Shown in pieces: positions 1-8,652 of a DNA stretch of 43,481 nucleotides. Each line of letters starts with the position of its first letter. The first letter of the stretch is position 1. The translations under genes were made by a program, and so were the position numbers. Below the pieces are notes generated by a model that saw only the letters and a program-made list of their open reading frames with translations, was not told the origin of the DNA and did not search any database. Source of the stretch: Chitinophagales bacterium (lineage in GTDB: Bacteria; Bacteroidota; Bacteroidia; Chitinophagales; UBA10324); the NCBI GenBank assembly GCA_039920305.1, contig JBDSEA010000035.1:1-43481 (forward strand). The letters run 5' to 3'.

Positions 1-288
1 TGTGTTGTTGAACCGACACAAACTGTTGGTGTGCCTGAAATAGTTGGTTTAGCATTTACAGTAACAGATACAGTTTCTGAACAGCCATTGCTATTAGTAT
101 AAGTTATAGTAGAAGAACCGGCACTAACACCTGTTACCGATCCTGTATTACTAACAGTAGCCACTGCCGTATTGGATGATGTATATGGGTTAGTTGCAGC
201 CGCAGTGCCTGAGCCTGTTAATTGTGTTGTTGAACCAACGCAAACTGTTGGTGTGCCTGAAATAGTTGGCAATGGATTTACAGTAACA
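1..288 (-). repeat. Intragenic tandem repeat with a 222-bp (74-aa) period, encoding successive Ig-like modules.
   Basis: Bases 1-47 and 223-269 are identical at 45 of 47 positions. Weaker similarity continues to about 66 and 288. Confidence 0.8.
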
Positions 289-977
289 CAAAATACAGAT
301 GAATACACATCTGAAGCATCAATGCTTCCAGCGGTTCCGCCGCATACATTATCAACAAGTGCCCGGTAGCATGTATTGGCCGTAAGGTTTGAATAAGTAT
401 ATGTATTGCTACTGCCACTACCTGGAATAGCCACAAAGGTTCCAGTACTGGTCGGGGAACTTTCGTATTGAAGCACATTCCCTGTATTACCGGTTAATGT
501 TATGGTTCCAGTTGACCCTGAACAAACGGGATTAGTACCAGAGAGCGTTCCACCCGTAACACTTGCAGCACTAGAAGCATAATATAAATAAACAGTGTTA
601 GAGGTGCTTGTACAGCCAGAAGAAGCTTGGTTAACTATCCTTATAAAACTATATGTACCAGATAAATTACCGTTAGCTGTAATAATTGCTGTTATGTCCG
701 CCTTTGCAAAATCCCGTCCTGTTCCGGCAGGGGCGGAAATATTTGTATATGCCCCACCGTTAAATGAATACTTATATTGGTAAGTTACACCAGGACCAGT
801 TGGCGTAGAGCCAACAATAGTTTGATAACTAGTGTTTCCACAGGCAGTATTATAAATTGGTTGGTTGCCGTTAAATGCTATCGTGTTGGGAGTACACTGT
901 GCATTTGCGATCTTACTTAAGCATAATCCTATAAGTGCAAATGCAATAAACAATGAAATGCGTAAAAATTTTTTCAT
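1..977 (-). CDS. Secreted surface protein/adhesin with bacterial Ig-like (Big_2-type) repeats. This is the N-terminal part only; the gene runs off the left edge of the window.
   Basis: My own reverse-strand translation from ATG 977-975 gives MKKFLRISLFIAFALIGLCLSKIANAQCTPNT..., a signal peptide. The frame stays open to base 1. The distal part reads ...PTISGTPTVCVGSTTQLTGSG...SSNTAVATVSNTGSVTGVSAGSSTITYT..., which is typical of Big_2. The ORF track omits it because no stop codon lies in the window. Confidence 0.8.
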   Translation of the reverse strand, partial: MKKFLRISLFIAFALIGLCLSKIANAQCTPNTIAFNGNQPIYNTACGNTSYQTIVGSTPTGPGVTYQYKYSFNGGAYTNISAPAGTGRDFAKADITAIITANGNLSGTYSFIRIVNQASSGCTSTSNTVYLYYASSAASVTGGTLSGTNPVCSGSTGTITLTGNTGNVLQYESSPTSTGTFVAIPGSGSSNTYTYSNLTANTCYRALVDNVCGGTAGSIDASDVYSSVFCVTVNPLPTISGTPTVCVGSTTQLTGSGTAAATNPYTSSNTAVATVSNTGSVTGVSAGSSTITYTNSNGCSETVSVTVNAKPTISGTPTVCVGSTT

Positions 978-1290
978 AAATTGGTTTTGTCTACAGGAAT
1001 TCTATTTTAAAATGTTTGGAGAGCTTAGAATTATAAGGATGCTTAAGAATAATCGTACATGTGTAGATGCATCAAATAGGGACATACGTAAAAAACTTTA
1101 CCTAAGTTTTTTTGCCTATCGAAATTCGAACTAAGATGCTTTGACAAACTTAACATTAAATGCGGTGAAATGTTTATATTCAAAATCGTGATTAGTTGAC
1201 TGCAGGAATTTACTTCATCCATGTTGTTATCCAATGGAGAAATAATTAATCAGAAAATCTTGTTGCATTAAGATTGATTCTAAGATTTTC

Positions 1291-1640
1291 TTAAATCTTT
1301 ATTGTAAGAAATTCATTGGGGTCGGTGGTATAAGCCTTCGACAAATAATCCCGTTTGAGATGTCATTGCTCACTGTAGTCCTGAGCACCGTAACGAACTT
1401 TTCCCTTACCGAAATTGTGGTTCACCTTGTCGATGGTTTGCATTAAGTTGTTTTTCCTCTTGCGTTTCGGCTTTGTCATCAAATCAACTAATGAATAAGC
1501 ACTTTCTTCATCATCACTTCCATTTTAATCTGGTTTACTAAACAATGTCTGAATTATTGGTACTCCCCGTAAGAGAAGTCCAGATGAACTTGTATTTTAA
1601 TCACACCACTCTGAATTCTTCTTCAAAAAATCTTTCATTA
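1291..1640 (-). pseudogene. Decayed C-terminal remnant of a UmuC-like Y-family (SOS/translesion) DNA polymerase.
   Basis: The reverse strand of 1500-1291 reads AYSLVDLMTKPKRKRKNNLMQTIDKVNHNFGKGKVRYGAQDYSEQ*HLKRDYLSKAYTTDPNEFLTIKI*. This matches the conserved UmuC C-terminal pattern (LM..D..N...G......AQ....W.MK.E.LS..YTT....L..V). A TGA at 1365-1363 sits where the conserved Trp belongs. Further upstream only QTLF-like and GVI-like fragments remain, broken by stops and frame changes. Confidence 0.5.
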
Positions 1641-2154
1641 AAAAAAGTCTTATATTTAAAATCTATTTCACTTCACACATGAAAAAGTTCTCACTCGTAC
1701 TTTTTTATCTCTGCCTCAACTGCTGTTACTACTGTACCAACTAATGCTTACATAATGTAAAATATCTCAAAAATATTAAATAATATTTTAATACACTTCA
1801 GATTGATCGGCAAAAATAAAGAAATCTTTTCAATTCAACAAATGTTTTTCAGGAACAATTTTACTTTTATCCTGCGACCACAAAATAATTTTTATCTGCA
1901 ATGATTATCATCCTTCGACTTGTTCATATTCTTGCCATCAGTTTTCAATTGATTACTGCAAGTTGTTGCCCTATTGTGGTTCGATCCTCTGAAATGCTTG
2001 ACTAGTAATGATTTCATAATTTTTGTATCGGAAAGTAACCAATAACCTTGGTAAGTATCTTCCTACACTTCCTCCAACGAATGTGAATAAACAAATATGA
2101 TATATCATACTATGTAAATTACACGGGGTTATTTTTCCTGTCAAATCCCTCCAC

Positions 2155-2850
2155 ATGAAAAACATTTTTTTCCTTTCCCTTCTCTGTACATCAGCCACCA
2201 TAGCTTTTGCCCAGAAACCTGTCGCCGGTGACATGGCATTCACCTTTGGTGCTACCGGAATTAATACAATCAATGTTACAAGTGATTTTGGTGATATGGG
2301 CACCCTGCTTTTCCGCTATTACCTCACTGATGAATGGGTTGCCCGCGTCCGGCTCGACCTGTTGATCAGCAATGATAAATTCGATTTTACTTCTGATACC
2401 TCCGGCGCCGGCGAGCATGACATTACCAAAAACACCATGGTAAGCCTGCATCTCGGTGTTCAAAAAAACTTCGGACTCACCCTGAAGCGGCTGGAGCCCT
2501 ACCTGGCTGCTGATCTGGTATTCGGAACCGGAAAGCTAAATCAGACAGATAACGCCACTGACTTTGACCATACAAACAGCTTTCAGGTGATCAATGAACC
2601 CGGCAGCACCACAAACGTCGGTCTTGTCTTTGATGCCGGTTTCAACTATTTCTTTGCGGATCATTTTGCCATAGGTGCAGAGTTTGGCTATGGAATTCAG
2701 TATTCTTCAACCGGCGAGGGCTCTGTTAAAACCATTTCTACAGTGGGTAATGTCACAACCACCACCACCTCAAAAACCGGAAGCTTTAAATCATTTGCTC
2801 TCGGAGGTACCGGAGCTACAGGATTGATCATGTTTACCGTTGCATTTTGA
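2155..2850 (+). CDS. Outer-membrane beta-barrel protein (OmpA-beta-barrel/OMP_b-brl-like).
   Basis: It has the signal peptide MKNIFFLSLLCTSATIAFAQ, alternating amphipathic beta-strand patterns, aromatic girdle residues, and a C-terminal ...FTVAF ending in Phe. Confidence 0.7.
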   Translation: MKNIFFLSLLCTSATIAFAQKPVAGDMAFTFGATGINTINVTSDFGDMGTLLFRYYLTDEWVARVRLDLLISNDKFDFTSDTSGAGEHDITKNTMVSLHLGVQKNFGLTLKRLEPYLAADLVFGTGKLNQTDNATDFDHTNSFQVINEPGSTTNVGLVFDAGFNYFFADHFAIGAEFGYGIQYSSTGEGSVKTISTVGNVTTTTTSKTGSFKSFALGGTGATGLIMFTVAF

Positions 2851-2935
2851 TCACCATCAATAAGACGTTTCCAAACCGGGTTTTCATAGTAAAACAATTG
2901 ACTTTTTTACGGACTGAGCGAAGCCATCCCTCCAA

Positions 2936-2964
2936 TTTTGAATGATTGCTTCTTCCATTCAAAA
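2936..2964. terminator. Candidate hairpin between the convergent OMP and rtcB genes.
   Basis: A perfect 9-bp stem pairs TTTTGAATG (2936-2944) with CATTCAAAA (2956-2964) around an 11-nt loop. The stem is AT-rich and no clean U-tract follows on either strand. Confidence 0.3.
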
Positions 2965-3001
2965 CCGAGATTGCAATGACGGGTTACCGAGAGGGCTTTT
3001 T

Positions 3002-4402
3002 TCAGGAATCCATTCTTACGATTCTCGGATGAAAGATTCCAATGATGTCAATTAGATTCTGCTGAGACTGCATTACCTCCTGAATGTTTTTATACGCCAT
3101 CGGGGCCTCATCCAATCCGCCACCCATCAGGGAGATGTTATGTTTTTTCAAGACCTCATTCAGCTGGCTCTGTGTGAGGGATTTTTTTGCAGCACTGCGG
3201 GACATTCGTCTTCCCGCGCCATGCGCTGCTGAATTCAATGAAGCCGGGTCTCCTTTTCCTTTCACAATAAACCCGGGATCGGTCATAGAGCCCGGTATGA
3301 TTCCAAGCACATCTTTTCCTGCCGGTGTTGCTCCTTTCCTATGTACAATTACTTCCTTGCCCTCATGATTTTCCTTCCAGGCAAAGTTGTGATGGTTCTC
3401 TACCACCCTCATGGGTTGCACACCAAATGACTTTGCAACTTTGGCGTGAATGTGATGATGACAGGCGGAAGCATAGTCACCGCAAAGGCTCATTGCCTGC
3501 CAGTATTCCTGACCTTCTTCAGAATTCATATTAAGCCAGGCCAGATGACGCGACAGGCCCGGGAGCTGACATTTTTCCATGGCCACCTTTGTATAGTATC
3601 CGGCGACATTTGCACCCAGCCCGCGCGAACCGGAATGTGAAAGCAGGGCAAGATATTTTCCAGCAAGCATATTTAAGTGATCATCAAATGCCGGAACTTC
3701 AACAGTTCCGAATTCAGCAAAATGATTTCCTGAACCGGAAGTGCCTAACTGCCTTCCGGCTTTCGCATGAAGCGATCTCAGAATGGGAATCTCCCTGAAT
3801 TCTTTCCGCTCTAAAATTTCATCATCCATTGGATTTTTGAATTCACCGCCCGCACCAAAAAGAGTTTCACGCTGCAGAATGTTTTTCAGCCGGCTTGTAT
3901 TTTCACCTGAGAAGTCAGGAGGAAGTTCAAAAACACTCAGGCACATTCTGCATCCGATGTCAACACCCACGCCATAAGGGATCACCGTATTCTCCGTGGC
4001 AAGCACACCACCGATGGGAAGTCCGTAACCCTGGTGCGCATCCGGCATGAGTGCCCCAGCCATTGTAACGGGCAATTGCATTGCAGTCTCCATCTGGCTG
4101 AGCGCCCCGGTTTCGATGTGCTCCGCTCCGTAGATTGCATATTCTTTTATATCCCTGTTTAAATTAATTTCCTGTGACGGCTTGTTCTTTTGATCAATCA
4201 GGCAGGCAGCAATTTTGCCAAGTACAGCATCATCAATATAACCATCGGGATATGAAAGTATCCGGGTTAATATCTTTTTTGCTTCACCATCACTCGTGTG
4301 CTTGTGAAACCGGTGCATGACGTCAATTGCCACACCAATTACTTTATCCTCCGGGTAACCAAGCTTTCGTAAATCTTTTCCTTTCAATTGCAGTTTACCC
4401 AT
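3002..4402 (-). CDS. rtcB: RNA-splicing ligase RtcB (3'-phosphate/5'-hydroxyl nucleic acid ligase).
   Basis: RtcB motifs are present: MPDAHQGYGLPIGG, GVDIGCRM, GSGNHFAEF, HSGSRGLG, HRKGAT and AHGAGR. I place the start at MGKLQLKG (ATG at 4402) rather than the ORF-track 4456, which would overlap folK. Confidence 0.9.
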   Translation of the reverse strand: MGKLQLKGKDLRKLGYPEDKVIGVAIDVMHRFHKHTSDGEAKKILTRILSYPDGYIDDAVLGKIAACLIDQKNKPSQEINLNRDIKEYAIYGAEHIETGALSQMETAMQLPVTMAGALMPDAHQGYGLPIGGVLATENTVIPYGVGVDIGCRMCLSVFELPPDFSGENTSRLKNILQRETLFGAGGEFKNPMDDEILERKEFREIPILRSLHAKAGRQLGTSGSGNHFAEFGTVEVPAFDDHLNMLAGKYLALLSHSGSRGLGANVAGYYTKVAMEKCQLPGLSRHLAWLNMNSEEGQEYWQAMSLCGDYASACHHHIHAKVAKSFGVQPMRVVENHHNFAWKENHEGKEVIVHRKGATPAGKDVLGIIPGSMTDPGFIVKGKGDPASLNSAAHGAGRRMSRSAAKKSLTQSQLNEVLKKHNISLMGGGLDEAPMAYKNIQEVMQSQQNLIDIIGIFHPRIVRMDS

Positions 4403-4415
4403 GGAATAATTTTGA

Positions 4416-4913
4416 CTATGCAAAGTTCCGCACTTCCAGTGAATCATCGCATTCATCCAGCAATTGCCGCATTGATTTTTTAAAAGCTGGATGTATAAAA
4501 TGAGGAGCTATTTCATCCAGCGGTGCCAGAACAAATTTTCTCAAATGAATTTTGGGGTGAGGAATGATGAGCCCTTCAGAATACAGAATCAGATCATCAT
4601 AGAACAAGATGTCAATGTCAAGCGTACGTGATGCATATTTTTTCTGACTGATCCGTCCCTCTCCGGTTTCAATTTTTTTCAGAATAGAAAAAAGATTTAC
4701 AGGTGAAAGGTCTGTTTCAATCTCACAGGCGGCATTCAAATAATCCGGCTGATCGGTAACACCCCATGGCTCGGTTTCATAAATGGAGGAATGCTGCAGA
4801 ACTTTTCCGGCACGTGATCTAATTTCATCCAGGCCATGAAGCAGGTGCAGGCGCCTGTTTCCAAGGTTGCTGCCCAGCAAGAGGTAAACCATGTGTATTT
4901 CTTCAGTGTCCAT
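4416..4913 (-). CDS. folK: 2-amino-4-hydroxy-6-hydroxymethyldihydropteridine diphosphokinase (HPPK).
   Basis: HPPK signatures are present: VYLLLGSNLGNR, YETEPWG and RTLDIDILFY. The start may instead be the Met at 4892 (MVYLLLGSN). Confidence 0.9.
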   Translation of the reverse strand: MDTEEIHMVYLLLGSNLGNRRLHLLHGLDEIRSRAGKVLQHSSIYETEPWGVTDQPDYLNAACEIETDLSPVNLFSILKKIETGEGRISQKKYASRTLDIDILFYDDLILYSEGLIIPHPKIHLRKFVLAPLDEIAPHFIHPAFKKSMRQLLDECDDSLEVRNFA

Positions 4914-4967
4914 ATGATTTCAGGCTCCCGTTGATTCGCAGAACACTGGATAATAAACAAACAAATC

Positions 4968-6248
4968 CTACCATTGTTTAAGCTTGTGTCCGCTCAGCGC
5001 GTAATACAAAATATAGAGGTAGCAGGGAATCAAAATCCAGTAAGCATTTTGAGGACCGATAGAATTGTTGTCTGCAAGCTTTCCATAAATCAGCGGCAGC
5101 AATGCACCACCGGCAATTGCCATGATCAGAAGCGCAGATCCTGTTTTTGTAAAACGGCCTAACCGGTCAAGTGCAAGCGGCCAGATGGCAGGCCACATCA
5201 GGGCATTCGCCAGACCAAGCAAAGCAATAAAAAGTACCGAGGCGTATCCGTTTGTAAATTGAACAATGATGGAGAAAGCAATTCCCACTATCGCTGAAAT
5301 CGCAAGGGCTTTATCCTGCTTAACCACTTTCGGAATGGTAAGGATGCCGATGATATATCCAATCACCATGGCGGCAAGCGTGTAGGAAGCAAAATTTTTC
5401 GAAACGGATAATGCAATGCCCTGTGATACACCATAAGATGGAAGTGTATCGGCAGCAATCACCTCAACACCCACATAAAGAAAAATTGCAAGAACACCAA
5501 GTAAGAGATTTGGATATTGAAAAACATTTGACCTTCCACCATGTTTTATTACTGAATCTTGTGAATCAGCCGCTCCGTGATCTTCCTCTTCCACTTCCGG
5601 TAAAGAAGAAAAGCGGATCAATAATGACAGTCCAATAAGGGTAACAGCAATAAAAATATAGGGGATGATCACTCTCTCAGCAAGTGAATCAAGCCGGGCA
5701 ACCCGCTCATCTCCACTGAGTGTTTGAAGTTCGTGGGTAAGGTTATCTGCATCGGCAAGCACGATGGCTCCGAGAAACAGCGGAGCCATTACTCCTGCAA
5801 CCTTGTTGCATATACCCATGATGCTGATCCGCTTTGCCGCACTTTCAAGCGGACCAAGGATGGTGATGTATGGATTGGAGGCAGTTTGCAGAACGGACAA
5901 ACCGGTGCCGATGATGAATAATCCGAGAAGAAAAATACCATAGGTGCGGGTGAGTGCAGCCGGAATAAAAATCAGGGCGCCCGCTGCCATCACCAGGAGG
6001 CCGAGCATCATCCCTTTCTTAAATCCTGTTCGCTGCAATATCCATGATGAGGGAAGAGCCATCACGAAATACGAAATGTAAAATGCAAATGCAATCAGCA
6101 AAGATTGAAAGGTGTTCAGCTCGCATGCAATCCGGAGGTAGGGGATCAGTGTTCCGTTAAGCCAGGTTACAAAGCCGAAAATGAAAAACAACGCACCCAG
6201 GATGAGGATGGGTAACAAAGTTGATTTCTGGCGAGCGGAGATTTGCAT
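4968..6248 (-). CDS. MFS sugar:H+ symporter of the FucP/GluP (glucose/galactose or fucose) family.
   Basis: It is a 12-TM-type hydrophobic protein. The N-terminal segment FGFVTWLNGTLIPYL...FKKGMMLGL...IFIPAA...ASNPYITILGP resembles GluP/FucP-family transporters. Confidence 0.8.
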   Translation of the reverse strand: MQISARQKSTLLPILILGALFFIFGFVTWLNGTLIPYLRIACELNTFQSLLIAFAFYISYFVMALPSSWILQRTGFKKGMMLGLLVMAAGALIFIPAALTRTYGIFLLGLFIIGTGLSVLQTASNPYITILGPLESAAKRISIMGICNKVAGVMAPLFLGAIVLADADNLTHELQTLSGDERVARLDSLAERVIIPYIFIAVTLIGLSLLIRFSSLPEVEEEDHGAADSQDSVIKHGGRSNVFQYPNLLLGVLAIFLYVGVEVIAADTLPSYGVSQGIALSVSKNFASYTLAAMVIGYIIGILTIPKVVKQDKALAISAIVGIAFSIIVQFTNGYASVLFIALLGLANALMWPAIWPLALDRLGRFTKTGSALLIMAIAGGALLPLIYGKLADNNSIGPQNAYWILIPCYLYILYYALSGHKLKQW

Positions 6249-6446
6249 TAATTAAAATTCAGCACTAAACGTAATTAAGTTTACCTGTTCGCAGAAATTA
6301 AGTTGTCCCTTATTGAAATAATAAAACCATATCAGCATTTTCAAATGGTAAATAAATCTTTACCTGCAACCAAATTCAGGATTAATTGTTCTGAATTAAT
6401 TGATGAGAATTTAAAGCACGGCTTGTAAAGCGGTTTTTATTTTCTC

Positions 6447-6454
6447 TAATTTTG
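6447..6454 (+). promoter_or_regulatory. Bacteroidota-type -7 promoter box (TAnnTTTG) for the citrate synthase gene.
   Basis: TAATTTTG lies 24 nt upstream of the ATG at 6478. Confidence 0.45.
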
Positions 6455-6477
6455 TCACCGAAAAATATCACTTTAAA

Positions 6478-7821
6478 ATGGGCTATATCAAAGAAAAGTT
6501 CGTTGCCAGGGCAATGCCCATGGCAGCAGAATTAAAGGAGTTTATCAAAAAGAATGAAAATGTAGAGCTTGGCAGCTATACTGTTGGTCAGGCCTATGGT
6601 GGCATGAAAAGCATCAAGGCGCTGGTAACAGAAACATCCTTGCTTGATCCTGAAGAAGGAATTCGCTTCAGGGGCTACACCATTCCGGAGCTGCGTGAAA
6701 AACTGCCGCACCTTGATTCCTGTAAGGAGCCCTTGCCGGAGGGATTATTTTTTCTCCTGCTTCTCGATGAAATACCCACTTATAAAGATGTTCAGCACCT
6801 CGCGAATGTATGGGCGCGCAGGTCTATCGTGCCCATCCATGTATTCAAGGCGCTTGACCGGCTGCCTAAGGAAACGCACCCGATGACTCAATTTGCAGTG
6901 GGAATTCTTGCCCTGCAGACTGAATCAAATTTTGCCCGGGCCTACCGCAGCGGCATCAGCAAAAAGGAATACTGGGATCCTATGTATGAGGATACCATGA
7001 CCCTGATTGCGCGCTTACCCCGTATTGCCGCCTACATTTACCGGAGGTCATACAAAAGAGGAAAGCACATTGAACCCAATCCTGATCTTGACTGGGCTGC
7101 TAATTTCGCTCACATGCTCGGATTTAATCAGCCGGATTTTTACAGCTACATGAGATTATTCCTCACCATTCATGCAGATCATGAGGGTGGAAATGTATCA
7201 GCGCATACCACCCATCTCGTAGGATCGGCGCTGAGTGATGCCTACATGTCGTTCGCTTCAGGCATGTGCGGGCTTGCGGGGCCATTGCATGGATTGGCGA
7301 ACCAGGAAGTAATCCGCTGGATTCTGGAAATGAAAAAAGAATTAGGAAATGAAAATCTTACAAGTGAAAATATTGAAAACTACATTCGCAAAACCCTTGC
7401 GGAAGGAAAAGTAGTACCCGGCTATGGACATGCCGTATTGAGAAAGACGGATCCTCGCTTTATAGCCCAGATGGAGTTTGCCAAACAACATTGCCCTGAT
7501 GATGAACTGGTGAATATAGTCTGGAAGGTTTATGATGTTGCTCCCGGAATTTTAGGTGAGAGCGGGAAGATTAAAAACCCATGGCCAAATGTGGATGCTC
7601 ATTCCGGTTCTGTACTCATGCATTACGGCCTTGTTGAGTCAGATTTCTATACCGTGCTGTTCGGTGTTTCCCGTGCGTTAGGGGTGCTTGCATCACTCGT
7701 ATGGGATCGCGCACTTGGTCTTGGCATTGAGCGACCTAAAAGTGTGACTTCACAGTGGATGAAGGATTATGTAGGAGCTAAAGAAGTAAAAAAAGAAGAA
7801 CCGGTAATAGCACCGCATTAA
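6478..7821 (+). CDS. gltA: Citrate synthase of the eukaryotic/mitochondrial-like type.
   Basis: Long motifs match: GGMKSIKALVTETSLLDPEEGIRFRGYTIPE, PLPEGLFF, ESNFARAY, LTIHADHEGGNVSAHTTHLVGSALSD, GLAGPLHGLANQEV, VVPGYGHAVLRKTDPR, KNPWPNVDAHSG and YTVLFGVSRALGVLA. Confidence 0.95.
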   Translation: MGYIKEKFVARAMPMAAELKEFIKKNENVELGSYTVGQAYGGMKSIKALVTETSLLDPEEGIRFRGYTIPELREKLPHLDSCKEPLPEGLFFLLLLDEIPTYKDVQHLANVWARRSIVPIHVFKALDRLPKETHPMTQFAVGILALQTESNFARAYRSGISKKEYWDPMYEDTMTLIARLPRIAAYIYRRSYKRGKHIEPNPDLDWAANFAHMLGFNQPDFYSYMRLFLTIHADHEGGNVSAHTTHLVGSALSDAYMSFASGMCGLAGPLHGLANQEVIRWILEMKKELGNENLTSENIENYIRKTLAEGKVVPGYGHAVLRKTDPRFIAQMEFAKQHCPDDELVNIVWKVYDVAPGILGESGKIKNPWPNVDAHSGSVLMHYGLVESDFYTVLFGVSRALGVLASLVWDRALGLGIERPKSVTSQWMKDYVGAKEVKKEEPVIAPH

Positions 7822-7912
7822 AAAGTTTGTCACTCCACTTGCTTTCATATGAATTTTTCCACTCATTAAGGCAAACTATTCTCTCTTCCTCATCATTTCA
7901 TTCTTTTATTTT

Positions 7913-8326
7913 ATGAAAAATAAAAAACCCGCTCTCTCTGTTGATGTGGTTATTGAATATCCTGACCATGAGATTATTTTGGGAAAAAGAAAAGTCAAAC
8001 CTTTTAAAGGGGAGTGGGGATTGCCCGGAGGACATGTTGATTATGATGAAACGGTAGAAGATGCCGCCCGGCGAGAGGTGAAGGAAGAGACCGGTCTTGA
8101 AATTGAGCTGTTGAATATTGTCGGAATTTTTTCTGATCCTGAGCGTGATCCGAGAGGACATGCTGTATCAATTGTTTACCATGCAAGGCCTGCCGGCGGA
8201 ACCCTCAAGGCAGGCTCCGATGCTCAAGAAGTAATAAAGACTGGTAATTATTTAAGTATGAGCCTTGCGTTCGATCACCATAAAATGGTTGAGAAATTTG
8301 AAGAACAGAAAAAGAATCCGGTGTAA
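7913..8326 (+). CDS. NUDIX hydrolase.
   Basis: The Nudix box GGHVDYDETVEDAARREVKEETGLE fits GX5EX7REUXEEXGU. Confidence 0.85.
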   Translation: MKNKKPALSVDVVIEYPDHEIILGKRKVKPFKGEWGLPGGHVDYDETVEDAARREVKEETGLEIELLNIVGIFSDPERDPRGHAVSIVYHARPAGGTLKAGSDAQEVIKTGNYLSMSLAFDHHKMVEKFEEQKKNPV

Positions 8327-8436
8327 TGGAATTACCAGGAGTTTGATGCTTGCCAATGAAACAGGAACCTGAATGATTCAATCATTATATAATAGTAACT
8401 TCAGGATAATTTTTCAACCGTTTCAATTCTTTTATT

Positions 8437-8652
8437 ATGAATCAACTGTTTCAGATTTGTGTCGGGATCCTTTACCGAATGTCAGACTTAACGGGGATCA
8501 GTTACGAAGCCCTTAATATCCTTCTGTTCGTTATAATTCAACCTTTAATTATAATAATACTTAGCCTGGCAGTAATTTATTTGGGAAGAAGACTTATAAA
8601 ATGCAATCAATTAATCGAAAAGTTAAAAAGTGAATACACATTCCGGTTATAA
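8437..8652 (+). CDS. Hypothetical small membrane protein (71 aa).
   Basis: The only support is an ORF with one clear hydrophobic helix (ILLFVIIQPLIIIILSLAVIYLG). No motif was recognised. Confidence 0.3.
   Translation: MNQLFQICVGILYRMSDLTGISYEALNILLFVIIQPLIIIILSLAVIYLGRRLIKCNQLIEKLKSEYTFRL

Noticed and set aside
1363-1365. The possibility that TGA is read as Trp (alternative genetic code), because TGA occupies a conserved Trp position in the umuC-like remnant.
   Set aside because: Many well-supported genes here, such as the OMP at 2155-2850, rsmH and rtcB, terminate at TGA at the expected protein ends. The remnant also has additional stops and frameshifts, so a pseudogene is the simpler explanation.
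1679-1744. A 21-aa Cys-rich micro-ORF (MKKFSLVLFYLCLNCCYYCTN) in the gene-free gap.
   Set aside because: It is too short. It has no recognisable promoter box or partner genes such as a modifying enzyme or transporter. It lies in a region that looks like decayed DNA, so it may simply be the stump of a lost signal peptide.
1770-1789. An A/T-only hairpin: AAAATATT, loop AAAT, AATATTTT.
   Set aside because: The stem is made purely of A-T pairs in an AT-rich region, so it is expected by chance and thermodynamically weak.
1978-1987. GGTTCGATCC, which resembles a tRNA T-loop and could indicate a tRNA gene or an att-site remnant.
   Set aside because: I could not form a T-stem, an anticodon arm or an acceptor stem from the flanking bases on either strand. 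It is probably a chance match.
3084-3977. A chain of five plus-strand ORFs (64-94 aa) antisense to rtcB.
   Set aside because: They lie entirely within a strongly supported RtcB coding frame. Their translations are low-complexity with no motifs, as expected for shadow ORFs.
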